A stretch of DNA of 64,000 nucleotides from Octopus vulgaris. Lineage: Eukaryota. The translations under genes and the position numbers were made by a program. The stretch lies in contig OX597817.1 of NCBI GenBank assembly GCA_951406725.2, forward strand, positions 74,958,001 through 75,022,000. The letters are read 5' to 3'. How positions within the stretch are numbered: the first letter of the stretch is position 1; each line of letters begins with the position of its first letter. The notes under the pieces were generated by a model. That model searched no databases, was not told where the DNA came from, and saw only the letters and a list, made by a program, of their open reading frames with translations. Shown in pieces: positions 38,844 through 53,500 of this stretch.

Positions 38844-40019
38844 AAAAAAAATATAAAAATTTAGTCATATCATTACAATATCATCATCATCATCATCATC
38901 GTTTAACGTCCATTTTCCGCGCTAGCATGGGTTGGACGGTTCGACCGGGGTCTGGGAAGCCAGGGCTGCACTAGGTTCCAGTCTGATCTGGCAGTGTTTC
39001 TACAGCTGGATGCCCTTCCTAACGCCAAACACTCCGCGAGTGTAGTGGGTGCTTTTTACGTGCCACCTGCACAGGTGCCAGGGGGGGTCTGCCTGTTTTA
39101 ATTAATCAGACCCATTGGAAATTAATCAAACTGCTCAAAATTAATTAATAAGCACCAAAATTCCAATGTGCTAAGATTCTTAACATCAGGTCTCTCTCAG
39201 CTAGAAATACTGCAACGACCATAAAACAATACCAGTTCTCTCCCAGCCAGAAACACTGCAATGAAAACAATACAATACTCCAGTCCAGTAGTTCTTGGAA
39301 ATACACCACCTTTGTTTCCATAAATTTTGAGAATAATGGAGAATTTTGTAAAATAACTTTGACATTACTGAGCTGATATTTGAAACAAATTAATATGAAA
39401 TTTTGATGGAAAACTTTAGTTCAAATCATTTTATCATATTTCTGTTGAAATTGTCTTTACATGAATTAATTTAAAAAGTAATGGGAAACTTAATAAAACT
39501 GTTTTGTTGGTATTAAGTAAATATTTGAAATATAAATTAGTATGAAATTTTAATGGGAAATTTTAATTTAGATCACGTCAACCCTTTTGTTACCATACAA
39601 TGCTTTTGTTTCAAATAACTTTAAAAATAATGAGGAATTTAATAAAATAAAATAATTCTATCATTATTAAGCGGATATTTGAAACATAAATTGACATGAA
39701 ATTGTGATAGAATGTTTTCAATTGAAATCACTTTAAAACAAGTTTGTACAATAGAACCAGGACTGGTTTCAGACAGGTTGGTATAAAAAGGGTAACACTT
39801 AACTGGCCTCAAGCTCACCAGTAATGATAAGCTTGGTGATGTTAAATTATTGTAATTGGTTTAGAAAATATATGAAATTTCCAGGACAAAGAGGCAAAAA
39901 CTTTCTGATTATCAAATCCAAAAACACATTTTGGATTCTCACGATACATGCACACATGCAGGTGCATGCATGCATGCACATACAAACATGCACAAGCACA
40001 CACACACAAATGTACTTAC

Positions 40020-40098
40020 AGGAAAATGTCGACAAATAAAAGGCATTTTCAGGATATCTCTGGTTGATGGTCGTTCTGCTGGGTTTTTCTTCAACATT
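40020..40098 (-). CDS. NEK11: NEK11-like kinase exon (subdomain XI)
   Basis: Polypyrimidine tract then ttatag|...|gtaagt, 79 nt. MLKKNPAERPSTRDILKMPFICRHFP; phase 2 to 0. Confidence 0.92.
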
Positions 40099-40958
40099 CT
40101 ATAAAAGAGAGAAAAAAAAAGAAAGGAATAAATCCTTAAATCCTTAAAAATGTTTTAGCCCGAAAGGCCGCGGCCATGCTGGAGCACCTTAATTTCTTGA
40201 GAATTTTGCTATGATTATAAAATACATTTTTTAATGTCCAAACCAAGCCTGTACAAAAGCCACATAAATAAGAATCAAAAGAGAGTGGAATCAAACTTAA
40301 CTAACTTTTGTGTCTGCGTCCATTTTATTTAGATGTCTAAACATATTTATTCTTCATTTAATTTTAGGATTTGTCTAAAAAAATATAAACTTAAATTGTT
40401 GAATTTATTGATCACAAAATAAAATTAAAAAGCAGTTTTTCCTGCAATCCCTTTTGTCATCATTTTGTTTTGATTAATTTTGAAAACAATGAGAAATTTA
40501 GTAAAATTACTTTGTTATTATAAATGCAGGTATGGATGTGTGGCTAAGAAGTTCAATTTGCAACCACATGGTTTTGGGTTCAGTCCCACTATGTGACAAC
40601 TTGGGCAAGTGTCTTCTACTATAGCTGGACCAACCAAAGCCTTATGAGTAGATTTGGTAGAGGGAAACTGAAAGAAGCCCATTGTCTATGTAAGTGTGGG
40701 AGTGTGAGTGTGTGTATGTTTGTGTCTCTCAGGTTTGACACTGTGTGGCTGTTGTAAATGACTAACTGCCACAGTCATACAAGCAGTATCGTTCATTTCC
40801 AGTATTCTGTGAAATCATGTCTTGCCATGGGGAAATATTACTTTGCTTGAAAATAGGTGAAAATTAGCAACAGGAAGGGCATCCAACTATAGAAAATCTG
40901 CTTCAATAAGAGGATTAGAACATAAATTAGCATGAAATTTCAATGTAAATTATTATTT

Positions 40959-41352
40959 TGTAGTGATGCCAGGTTTTAGACACCATTTTGGGATTTTCAT
41001 CTGTGCATGCACAAGTATCAGTCTTCCAGAAGGCCTGCCGGAAGTTCCTCATGCACATGCACAGTCATTAGCAGCAGCTAGGCTTGACCGCTATACTTTC
41101 TCTTCGGCCCCTGGCTTCTGACCAGACAGGACACGACTGAGACCATCTCCATGGAGCTGGCATTCTGACGACAAGCAACATTGCAAGTCTGTGAAAATGC
41201 CTTCGTATTTTGTGTCTAACTACTAACCCTGCTGCTTCCACCCAGGCATCCACACTACTGATGTCCAGAGATGAAATGCTTATTTCGGCAAAAATAAATT
41301 ATTATTGTTATTTGTTCGGAGATTCGTGTTCCTGCTATTTTTCCTTTCTACA
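40959..41352 (+). mobile_element. Possible solo LTR
   Basis: TGTAG...CTACA termini, AATAAA near the 3' end, GC-richer than flanks; no target site duplication seen. Confidence 0.4.
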
Positions 41353-42025
41353 ACTATGTAAGGAGATGTGACGCACCCAACAAGTGTGAATATCACATAA
41401 AATCCTACAATTCTAAACATATATTGTGGAGTATTCTAACCACTCTTTTGAAATAATTAATTCAGGTGCCATTCATTGTTGTATTTAAACACATAAGATA
41501 AGTACTTGGTCAGCTAAGTCTGTGATTTACATTTCACTTCATTAATGAATTTGTAGCCATTTTGCTCCATTAATGAATTCAGAAGAGCTATGGATGTAAC
41601 AAAATTTCATTCTTCATCACAGATCTTTGTTTTTATTTAGCAAGCCCTTTGAGGCTGATGAGTTAATCTAATTATTGTTTCTTTTGAACAGTAGTAAATT
41701 AACAGTTGCAGGGAAATAATTCCTGAAGGCCAGAGTTCTGATGGAGAGGGCTTTAATACAGAAAGTTGGCATTATAGAATGAAGGGCAATTCTAGGTGGG
41801 TTGGTATCAAAAAGGAGTGTTTTTGTAGAAAAATACGCAATGTAAACTTTGTGCGCTTTTTCTCATGTAATCAAAGCAATGTTAGATATTTTATTCTGTA
41901 TTGATTTTCAGCACATGCAAATATTTAACTAACTATTCTATCACAATCACTGCCAAAATCTAAAAGGCAAAGGAAACAGCCATTAACAACATTCTCCAAT
42001 ACTTTGAACCTTTCTCCCTCCTTAA

Positions 42026-42228
42026 CCCTTTAGCTTTCAGATTACATATTTATGCACGTTGTTTTGAATTAATCCTGCATTATCTTGTAGCTTTGAGATT
42101 TTGATGACATGACTGTTTATTTTCAGAATGACATTGTAAGATAGGGGTGAAAGGCTGAATCTGTCTGGTTTGAACATAAAAAAGGTAGTATATTCGGGTT
42201 GGACATGGCTGGTTTAATTGCCAAATGG
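42026..42228. mobile_element. piggyBac-like MITE
   Basis: TTAA flanks; homologous to 2408-2603. Confidence 0.6.
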
Positions 42229-45200
42229 TTAATGATTACTAATACAAATTTCATAAAGCCAGACCTCACTTTCCTATGTCATTCAATAGTGCACTATTGT
42301 CCGTGAGAAATTTAACAAAAGCAATATTGTTGGCCTTGATATCAAAAGAACATTTGACCATGTTTGGTATGCTAAAATTGCCCACCTATCTATCTTTCAT
42401 CTCTTGGGTCAGTGGCCTCTTGTCAGATTGCATTATCATGGTATGTATTTATGGAGCATTCTCTGGTCCAAATTCTATTAACTCTGCTGCATCCCAATGT
42501 TTGGTTTTGTCCTTACATTTTTCCCCCATCCAAACATCATCCACATGCAAACTGGACCCCGTGCCAGACCCACACAGGTTCTTTAAACATCATCATCATC
42601 ATTTGATGTCTATTGTCCATGCTGACTTGGGTTGGATGGTTTGACTGGATCCACCAAACCAAAGGACTGTGTTGAGCTCCAGTGTTTGCTTGCTTTGGCA
42701 TGATTTCTAGGGTTGGATGCCCTTCCTAACACCAACCACTTTACAGAGTGTACTGGATGCTTTTTCCATGACACTAGTACTAATAAGGTTGCCAAATAAC
42801 TCACAAAACAAAGAAAAAAAACCCTGGACTGAGTGGGGTTGTAACAGACAGAAGTGGCTTTATTCCAGATGGATTAGAGGGACAGGCACAGGTGTCTTGC
42901 TGCAGAGGAAATATATGGTTACCTTGCATTATATAAGGATAAGTGGGAGAATCTGTAAGGAAGTCAAAGACGGTGGTGATATTATAGGAAGGTGAATGTA
43001 AGAGAGAGAGAGAGAGTACAAACAGAGAACTTCAAAACATCTTATGCTAAACCCACAATGGCTCCCTGAAGAAAGACCTCAAAATAATCTTGCAATGAAT
43101 ACCAAACTTATTTTCTTCAACAGTACAAAGACACAATCACCTCAAATATCCCTAAACATGAATATCATGAACTGAGAACACTCCCTAAACATGAACAGAA
43201 CTCCTTTTTCTAAACAAGAACAGCATGCAATTAGACCCCTCAATGTCACTATAGATGCTAGGCCTCACCACCAATGCGGATCTTCTTTGATACTCACATC
43301 TATAATATTGTAAAGACTGGCCTTCCTCTTCAGATCAGAAAATACTTCAGTCCACTACAACTACTAAGCCTCTACAACTCTCAAGTTAGACCATAATAGA
43401 GTACTGTTATCATATTTCGGGTGGTTCTGCTACCTCCTAGACTGCATTCAAGATGAAAAACTGCTCAACTGAATAGCATGTTGTTCACCAACACATTCCA
43501 TTCTCTGGTCCACAAACATATTCTCTCTGTTTTTTTCTGCTCCTATTACAGTGGTTTCTGCTTCTCAGAACTTGCCTGTCTTGTGTGACCACCACTTAGG
43601 CACTCCCAATTCACTCATTTTCCGTCTTCTCATGATCTATATTGTGTCCACCCCTTCCAGATCTTTCACTATTATACCCAGTCCTCTCAGCCAGAACACT
43701 GGCCTTCATAAATTATCTCCCTGTAACTGTTAACTTACAACTGTTCAAGAGAAAAAATAACAAGATTATCTCACCAGTCTGGAAGGGCTTGCTAAGACAA
43801 TGAGTATAGCTCCTCCTTCCAGACCAATCAAAAAAAATCTATATATAAAAAAGGTTTCTTCCTCTTCTTCTTCTCTCTGACATGTCAAACATTCCCTCCT
43901 CCATCTATAGCACTACACAGCTGCTATATTCAGCAGAGAGCAGCATCAGCAGATATTACATCCCATCCCATCCGATTCCAAATGGTTTCCTGCCCTTCAA
44001 CTATTTTCATTCCTCATTATCCCTGTTCACACTATTTCAACCAATCGCTTCTTTTCTTTACCTTCAGTCACTGCTCTTTCTCCCTTCTACTACATTCCAT
44101 TCTGAACATCTCTCTACCATCACAACCCATGAACTAAAGCCCCTTATGTATCCCTATCTCTCTTTCTCTCCACTACTTCTACACCTTGCCCATTGTTCTC
44201 GCTACCAACATATCTTTCAAGGTGGTGAGCTGGCAGAAACGTTAGCACACAGGCAAAATGCTTTGTGGTATTTCGTCCACCACTGCATTCTGAGTTCAAA
44301 TTCCGCCGAGGTCAACTTTGCTTTCATCCTTTCGGGGTCGATAAATTAAGTATCAGTTACGCACTGGGGTCAATGTAATCGACTTAATTCATTTGTCTGT
44401 CCTTGTTTGTCCCCTCTGTGTTTAGCCCCTTGTGGGTAGTAAAGAAATATATTCTTTACTCCCTCCTGAGTCATTCCAGTATCTCTCACCTTACCTCTCT
44501 ACATACTGGTATTTCCAATCATATGCACTCACACACTTGTTCATCACTCACTATATTAAGCACTACCTCCACCTGTTTACTCCCACTTCATACTCTTATG
44601 AAAACATCCACTCTCTCATCCCCTCCCATGATCCACTGTCTGCATTCTCTCTGATGCTCACCTTCTTGTTCTTTGAGAGTTTGCTCTAGCATCTCTTCAT
44701 TACCTTCCTCTCATCTCCTTCAGCCATCTATCTATTCTATAGCAACACACCTGTGCTTGTCACTTTGTCATACTTATACCTGTCAACACCTGGCTTGTCT
44801 TAGTTCTTTCCTGTCATGTAAGTTACATGAAAACCTTACTTTACGCTCTGTAAAGTGGTTGGAATTAGGAATAACATCCAGCCATAGAAGCCATGTCAAA
44901 AATGACACTGGAACTCAGCATAGCCCTGCAGCTTGCTGGTTCCCTGCCAAACCATCCTACTCATACTAGAATGGAAGGCAGATATTAAACAGTGATGACG
45001 ATGATGATAATGACAACGATGATAATGACAACAACGATGATGATGATCTATGTATGTGTGTGTCTTTGTTCCTCACCACCACTTGACCATCAATGCTGGT
45101 TTGTTTACATCCTCATGACTTAGAAGTTCAGCACAAGAGACCAACAGATTCAGTATCAGGCTTGAAAGAGTAAATAGTAAGTACCGGGGTCAATTAGGGT

Positions 45201-45271
45201 CAATTCATTCAACTAAAACACTTTGAGGGGGTTCCCCAGCATGAGTAAAGATAAAAGATAAGATAACTTAC

Positions 45272-45421
45272 AGATTGAATATATTGCTTAATTCTTCGGG
45301 ATAGCGGTTGGGCAGAGGTGGTGGTTCCATTTTAACAATCTTGTTCACAATTGAATAAAAAGATTCTCCAGTGAATGGATGCTCCAATGCACACATATCA
45401 AATAGGATACAGCCAATAGAC
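45272..45421 (-). CDS. NEK11: NEK11-like kinase exon (subdomains IX-X)
   Basis: tttcag|...|gtaagt, 150 nt. SIGCILFDMCALEHPFTGESFYSIVNKIVKMEPPPLPNRYPEELSNIFN(L); visible in the ORF track at 45268..45462. Confidence 0.95.
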
Positions 45422-45715
45422 CTGAAAAGATTCAATGACAAAAAATAGGATTTAGCTTTCATTGTTTACTTGTTTCAGTCATTGGACTGCAACCATGCCA
45501 AGGCACTGCGTTGAAGGGTTTAATTGAACAAATTGAACCCAGTGCTTATTTTGCTTCTTAATCTTGGTACTTATTCTGATGGTCACTTTTGTCAAACCAC
45601 TTAGTTACAGCTTCTGATCTTAACTGATTGGAAGTGTTAGCATGTATATGTTTTGTCTTAGCGTACAAGATAGGCTATAGCAAATATTCTGCTCAATACT
45701 ATATATATATATATA

Positions 45716-45876
45716 TATATAATATAATTCGAGACAAAACCACTATTTTAAAATCAAACAAGGAAAGACTTAATCAATACATAAATTATTTAATTTATAT
45801 TAAAATTTTATGTATTGATTAAGTCTTTCCTTGTTTGATTTTAAAATAGTGGTTTTGTCTCGAATTATATTATATA
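45716..45876. repeat. Perfect 70-bp inverted repeat with a 21-nt loop
   Basis: 45716-45785 is the exact reverse complement of 45807-45876; related to 13495-13590; bracketed by (TA)n tracts. Confidence 0.95.
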
Positions 45877-45953
45877 ATATTTTACTATAAAATTGGATTT
45901 AACCCTAAATCTGATTTTTCCCTGTAATTTTGGATTCATTCCCTAATATTTAT

Positions 45954-46061
<108 letters not shown>

Positions 46062-47534
46062 CCATAACCAGTTGAGAATGTCTCTTACTGGCTGATGATA
46101 TGTGCATCTCTGATCATATATTAATAATGATGATTAACAGGACTTGTGGAAATTTCACAGAGTTAATGGCAAACTTATTGGGTTATTTCTGAAAACTTTA
46201 TCCAAAAAACCTGAAAGTTTAGCCTGTGTTGTGTCTGTATCAAAAGACAGTTGCTTATCTACTAATCATTGAAAAGTGAAAGAAATTGGAATACAATGAT
46301 TACTTAATGCACTTTATATATACACTTTATATAGTTTATGCACAATTTTATAGACATAATATGCAGCACTCTCCCTCTTCTCTCTTACTCTTCACCTTAC
46401 CCTCTTTTTCTTTCTCCTTGTTTTTCTCTCACACTTCAACTAATTGCATGAAAGTGTTACAGTGGGACTAAGTAATGGAGAAAAAAATTTTGTTGAGAAA
46501 GAGAAATTACATATTTCACTCAACACCACCTCCCTCTCAGGGTCACAACAATGCACCATGTAAAAATTAGTTGAAGGTGAAATAATTTTTTGAAGTTTCC
46601 TTTAATTTTTTACAAAATCATAGAAGTAAAGAGATTAACGCTTTTGATATCAACCCACACAAGACTGCTTTTGATTTTACAATATAAACTTCCAGCCTCA
46701 AAGTGATTTAGATTTAAAATCTTCCATCAAAATTTCATATTTATTTATATTCCAAACACCAACTTGTTATATTGATCATGCAATGCAACCCTTCATATAA
46801 ACACACTACAGAATAGAGAAGTCAGCTCACAATACCATTTCTCTGAAGATTTTCTGAAGAAATGGTTCTAACCCCAAAATATTGAAATACAAGGCAAAAG
46901 TACAAACCATCTGCTTGTATTATTTCTTATAATTTGCATTGTTTTGACTTTAAAATAACAATTAAAGATATTCATATATTGTCCATACATACAGCATGTC
47001 CTCTACATCCCTCACTCAGCCAAGAGGTCCTTGTCTTGAGAGCATTTAAGTGTTGGTGTCACATAAAAAGCACTTGTGTTAGGGTCATGTAAAAATGCCT
47101 GTGCAGGTGCTAAATAAAAGTACCTGTGCCAGTATCATGTAAAAGCATCCATGCTGGTGCCACACATGTAAAAGCACCTGTGCTGGTTCCACATAAAAGT
47201 GTCCATGCAGGTGTTACATAAATGCACCCATGTTGGCATTATGTAAAAATGCCCATGTCAGTGCCATGTAAAAGCTTGTGTGCTGGTGTCACATAAAAAC
47301 ACCTGTGCTGGTGCCATATTGAAGTGCCGTGTGAAAAGCACCCAGTACACTCTGTGAAGTGGTTGGCATTAGGAAGAGCATCTAGCTGTAGAAACCATGC
47401 CAAAACAGACATGGAACCTGGGCAGCTCTGCAGCTGACCAGCTCCTGTCAAACTGTCCAACCCATGACAGCATGGAAAATAGATGTTAAATGATGATGAT
47501 GATGATGATGATGATGATAAAAAAAAATAAAAAC

Positions 47535-47589
<55 letters not shown>

Positions 47590-48324
47590 AATTAGCTAAT
47601 TCACATTTATCTCTTAGGCATCATACCTATCCTGACCTATGTCTCTTGCTATGGTGTTTTATCTAGGGAACTTGCTGAAGGATTTATTATAAGAATGCTT
47701 ACAGTATGTTGCTAATTCCTGCCTACAGTTAATAAAGCTACTCTCTGATGTAAATATTTAGAATGAATCCTCTTGGCAAAGTTCACGTCAACTTCTTGCT
47801 ATTTAATATGCTATTTAATATGGTTTAGCTCAACTTAGGATTGACCATTTTAGCTCATATTCAGTCTTTTCATCCCTAAGTTGCCACATTAGCTTGCTAA
47901 GTGATGTCACATTTTCCTTATTTTTGTGTTTGAATGATGAGATGTGGTTGTAATAGCACGATTTAATTATATGTATGCCTATATAAAAGGTAGTCTTGAG
48001 CACACAATGTTCCTAAAAGTTAGTTATGGTCTTGTTTTTAGTCCTACTGGGTTTCTAGCAACCCTCCTCACCAGGCTAGCCTGGTTGGGGTGCTGGTTTA
48101 GTTGTTGACAACCTGACCATGCAACAGGTTGTACTGGGTTCCATGTTACCAGCAGCACCCATGAGAGCCTTACAAGTGACCTGACATACACAGGTCCTGA
48201 GGAAAGCCAATATAATTGAGTATTGAAGTGATGGTGTACAAACACCAGTTACATTGAACTGGACACCTTGTTAGAATGAATGATTGCAGGATCCCTAAAT
48301 AGATGCGACATGGGGAACTTGTTA

Positions 48325-49175
48325 AAGGTTTCATCCTGGCTGCTCAAGATCAAAGCCTATTAACCCGGAACTACCATGCCAATGTGATGAAAAATGAAGC
48401 AGACCCAAAATGCCGATTCTGCAACGACATGATTGAAACAGTGGACCACCTAATCTCTGGATGTAAAGTCTTAGCACCAGTGGAGTATAAATTAAGACAT
48501 GACAGAGTTGGCCAATATCTACACTGGCTAATAAGTCGGCATTACAATATCAAAACTGCCAACAAGTGGTATAATCACCACTCTGAAGCTGTAACTGAAG
48601 GAGAAAATGTAACGATTCTGTGGGACTTTCCAGTACATACAGACCGAACCATCAAAGCTAATAAACCAGATATTGTTGTGAAAGACCAAAACAATAAAGT
48701 TTGATTATTGATCGACATGAGCATCCCCTGTGATCATAATATCTCGGCGAAAGAGTTTGACAAGCTCAGAAAATAAAAAGACCTACTCATTGAAATTGAG
48801 AAAATGTGGCATCTCAAGGCGGTTACAATACCAGTGATCGTAGGAGCACTAGGAATGATCAAGAAGGGAACCGAAAATTATATGAGAATGATCCCTGGCT
48901 TACCATCCCTGCAAGAAGTACAAAAGATTGTCTTAACTGGTACATCACACGTATTGAGAAGAGCATTGTCGATGTGAGAACTATTACTACCCATGTATTT
49001 TAATTTAACTTAAAAAAAAAAAAAAAATGAACGAACTATTGAGTTTAGTTTAATGGCCTACCAATGTATACTACGAGTTTCTTTGCCATAGGAGTCGGGA
49101 AGACACTCGGCAAGAAATGGAAGCAAATTTGAAAGAAGAAAAAAAAAATAATAATAATGATAATAATAATAATAA
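48325..49175 (+). mobile_element. R4/Dong-type non-LTR retrotransposon 3' fragment
   Basis: AAQDQSLLTRNY, CRFC...ETVDHLISGC zinc knuckle, RHD, KPDIVV restriction-like endonuclease, in-frame stops; ends at a (TAA)n tract. Confidence 0.85.
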
Positions 49176-49330
49176 AGTAGTCGGTTTTTTTTAAGAGTCA
49201 GTGAGGGAAACACTACACAATCAATCATATTGCATGAAATAGTAACCAGGTCTCTCTCAAAATCATCATAGTATACTGTTGTGTAAAAACAATAAAATTT
49301 TTGATGTAAAGGAAAATAATGAGCGCTTAC

Positions 49331-49492
49331 CAAATGTCAGCCTTGCAGTTATAACCTTCATGTTTCAGCACTTCTGGGCTCATATAATAGGGAGTCCCAA
49401 TAAAAGTCGAAGCATAGTCTGATGGTCCTGCCAATATTCTTGAAATTCCGAAATCTCCAATTTTAATGATGCCATTCTTTAAAAAAATGTTC
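49331..49492 (-). CDS. NEK11: NEK11-like kinase exon (DFG and activation loop)
   Basis: ctttag|...|gtaagc, 162 nt. NIFLKNGIIKIGDFGISRILAGPSDYASTFIGTPYYMSPEVLKHEGYNCKADI(W); phase 2 to 2. Confidence 0.95.
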
Positions 49493-50507
49493 CTAAAGAT
49501 ACAACATGAAAAATGTATTATAAAGACAATGAAATGTAGGCATGGTTAGGCACAGGGCACAGCTTCCTAACCATGTAGTTTTGGGTTCAATCCTACTGTG
49601 TGGCACCTTGGGCCAGTATCTTCTACATATTCCCTGGCAGAGCAATGCTATATGAGTGGATTTGGTGGACAGAAACTACCAAATGCTTAGTGATATTTCG
49701 TCTGCTGGTACGTTCTGAGTTCAAATTCCGCTGAGGTTGACTTTGCCTTTCATCCTTTCGGGGTCGTAAATTAAGTACCTTTTACGCACTGGGGTCAATA
49801 TAATCGACTTAATCCATTTGTCTGTCTTTGTTTATCTCCTCTGTGTGTGGCCCCTTGTGGGCAGTAAAGAAATAAGAAACTGGAAGGAGCCCATCACACA
49901 CATTTGTATGTGAGTATGTATGTGTGTAAGTGTATGTGTGTGTAAGTGTGTGTGTGTGTGTGTGTGTGTGTGCATGCATGTGCATGTGTGTGCTTGTGTC
50001 TCTTTCTCAGCATCACACACTAATTGTAAACAAGGGTTATTGTCATACAAGCAGTTTTATTCATTTCCAATCCTCCATGGAAACATGCCTGGCCATGGGG
50101 ATATATTATCTTGCTTGGAAATAGGTGAGGGTCTACAACAGAAAGGGCATCTGACTGCAAAAAGATTTGCCTCAACAAATTCTGTTCAATTCATCCAAGT
50201 ATGATGAAGGAAGAGGAGGAGGATCATTACTTTTGCTATCTAATCCAAGTCAATTCTGATCAAGCATTCCTACAATGATAGTCATTGTCATACTCATTTC
50301 TCTTTTCATTAAGGTGGGTTTTCTATGATCAAATGCCGTTCCTGTCACCAACACTTATTTGTTTCCAAGCAAGGTATTATTTTTCCATTGCAGGACGTTT
50401 TTTTTTTTTGAAGACTGAAAATACACTACATGTATGATGTCAACATTTATTTGTAACTATCATGTTCTGGTTATTATTATTATTAATATTATTATTATTA
50501 TTATTAT

Positions 50508-50541
<34 letters not shown>

Positions 50542-53500
50542 TGTTTATTTTATTGGACATTTAAGTATAGAATGTATCTTGTGTTTGTGGGTTATTTTGT
50601 TTGGGTTGTATCATTGAACTGATAGCGTTTTGTGTAGGATGTGGGTTGTTCCTATCAGAGCTATTTTTTTATATAGTATATAGTGTTGAGGGTCCAGGTA
50701 TAGCTTCTTCTTCTTACTATTATTGTTGTTGTAAAGTGGCGAGCTGGCAGACACATTAGCATGTCAGGCAAAATGCTTAGCAGCACTTCATTTGTCTTTA
50801 TGTTCTGAGTTCAAATTCTGCCAAGGTCAACTTTGCCTTTCATCCTTTAGGGATTGATAAATTAAGTACCAGCTGTGTACTGGAGTCATTCTAATTGACT
50901 GGCCCCTTCTCCCAAAATTTCATGCCTTGTGCTTATAGTAGAAAGGATTATTGTTGTTGTTGTTGTTGTTGCTGTTATTATTAATATTATCATCTTCACT
51001 TTGGTGTTGGAATGTTTAAAGACAGAGGTGTAGCAGAAACAGTTTTAGTTCTAAGTTATGACAGTATAAATTCAAATTTAATATCTTGTCAGGGCTGAAT
51101 TTATTTCCCAGCTTTCAAGGATCAATAAAAAGGGTTGTGCTTAACATAATAAACTACATATCACTTCCACAAATTTGTATCTTTATTCTACAATTATTAT
51201 TAACAGAAAATTATTATTATAATTATTATAGTTGTTGTTGTTGCTGTTGTTATTATTATTATTACTACTTTTATTATTATAATTATTATCATCATTATCA
51301 TTATCCTTATTATTATTGTCTTCTTCTTCTTTCAATTCTGTTTCCATTTCTTGCCAAGTGTCTTCCCAACACCTAGGGCAAGAAAAGTCACTGTTATACA
51401 TTGGCAGGCTGTTAAAATCCTTTCAGCAATAGGCACAAGGCCTGAAATTTGTGGGGAGTGGACTAATCAATTACATCAACCCCAGTGTTTAACTAGCACT
51501 TAATTTATCAACCCTGAAAGGATGAAAATCAAAATTGACCTTGGCGGAATTTAAACTCAGAATGTAGCAATGGGCAAAATACTGCTAAACATATTGCCTG
51601 GCATGCTAACGATTCTGCCAGCTTTCCACCTTATGTAGGCCATTAATATAAACACACCAGATGGTTCATTTACAAAGTCATGTGATAGAAAATAGAAAGA
51701 AGAAAGGCAAAGCAAAAAAGGAAAAAAAAAATTAAAAAAGAAAATAAGGGAGAAAAGGAAAGAAAATTCACAGCAACAATGTTCTTCACAATATATGTGA
51801 CATACCAGTTAAAACAAGTTTTTGCACTTCCTGTATGGATGGTAAGCCAGAGATCATCCTCAAATAATTTTTTTTTTTCAAGATCACTGCACCCATTGAT
51901 CACTGTGATAGTAAACAAATATTTAACCTCTGCTGTAGGAAGTGCTTACTCCTTTTTTTTTTGTTTATTTTTACTATTATAATTATTATTATTATTATCA
52001 TCATTATCATTATTAAGGCAGCGAGCTGGCAGAATCATTAGCACACCAGGCAAAATGCTCAGTGGCATTTCATCTGTCTTTACAGTCTGAGTTCAAATTC
52101 CACCGAGTTTGACCTTGCTTCTCATCCTTTCGGGGTCAATAAATTAAGTACCAGTCAAATATGGGGTTCGATGTGATCAACGTATCCCCTCTCCACAAAT
52201 TTCAGGCCTTGTGCCTATAGTAGAAAGGATTATGACTATTGTCCTTATTATTATTATTATTAATGAATGAGAGAGCAATGCATACCATCAAAGTGACACT
52301 AGGGTAAATTATACGAAGCCCAATACACCCATCATGTCTACTTGTCTGATGAGGGTATACCAGGCACATGCATCACAATGATATGTGCTCGACATGGTGA
52401 TCTCATATCAAGATAAACAATGCAAGACCTTGCAGGTGGGGCTGAGTTAAATTTTCTTCAGGTCAAGTAACCCATCCCGCTCAAAATGTCCCTGAATAAG
52501 GGTTGTCTAAGGATGATGAATGAAGCACCCATGTTTCCAGAGGTGAATTATCCAAATCCCAAAGAATTCCTCTCAACACATGGCTATGATGCTTCCCAAC
52601 TACTTCAGCTCGTGATCAGAGATGCACATATCGTCAGCCACCAAGGGACATGCTCAACTGGTTACGGTCAAACAACTGACAAGCAAATCTGTAGTATTGA
52701 GCAGAATATTTGCTGTAGCCCATCTTTTATACCAAGACAAAACAATGTACATGATAACACTACCAATCAGTTAAGATGAGAAGCCATGAGAGCCAATGCC
52801 TGGTACTGTATCAGGGCATTATTATTATTATATTATTATTGTTAACACTATCATATCTTCAAGATCTAAGTGTTTAGATATATTAGTATATTCATTAACA
52901 TATAGCAAAGAAAATCTGTTAAGTTCTTTCAGGTTTCCACTCATTTAACTGCATTTCGGTCTCATAGCCTTAAAAATAACTGGTGCCTGTTTGTTTATTT
53001 ATTTGTTTTTAACCTTAAATATCATGAAATATGTAGAAGATATTGTCAACCATTTCAAACAATTATCAGTGAGTAATAGCCAAGGAATCCTAAATGTTAG
53101 GCATGACATTTGAATATCAAATACTAAATCAACTGGAAGGACAATTTAATATGCAAGGATGTAAAAAGAGGGAAGCTTTGTTACTTATATCCTTTATTGG
53201 AAGAATGTTGATGATAGCATTAAACAATGTTAATATTAAGGATAGTCTTTAACAACAAGCTTTTAACTTTCTCGTTGATATAACCAAAAATTGTGAAATG
53301 CTAGCAGAGAACTGTCTTCCCTAAATTTGGATTTAGACTGACGTAACTTATGACTAAAACTGTTTCTGCCACACCTCTGATTTTGAATACATCAACACCT
53401 AAGTGAAGATGATAATAATAATAATAATAATATACAAATACAGAGAGAGAGGGAAAGAAAGAAAGAGGGAGTGTAGATAGATAGGTAGTGTTGTTACCAT

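Noticed and set aside
43882-44349. 155-aa ORF
   Set aside because: Pyrimidine-rich low-complexity sequence running into a family C SINE; no domain or splice support.
52345-52380. CTGATGA as a hammerhead core
   Set aside because: No stem II followed by GAAA, and no stem I partner nearby.
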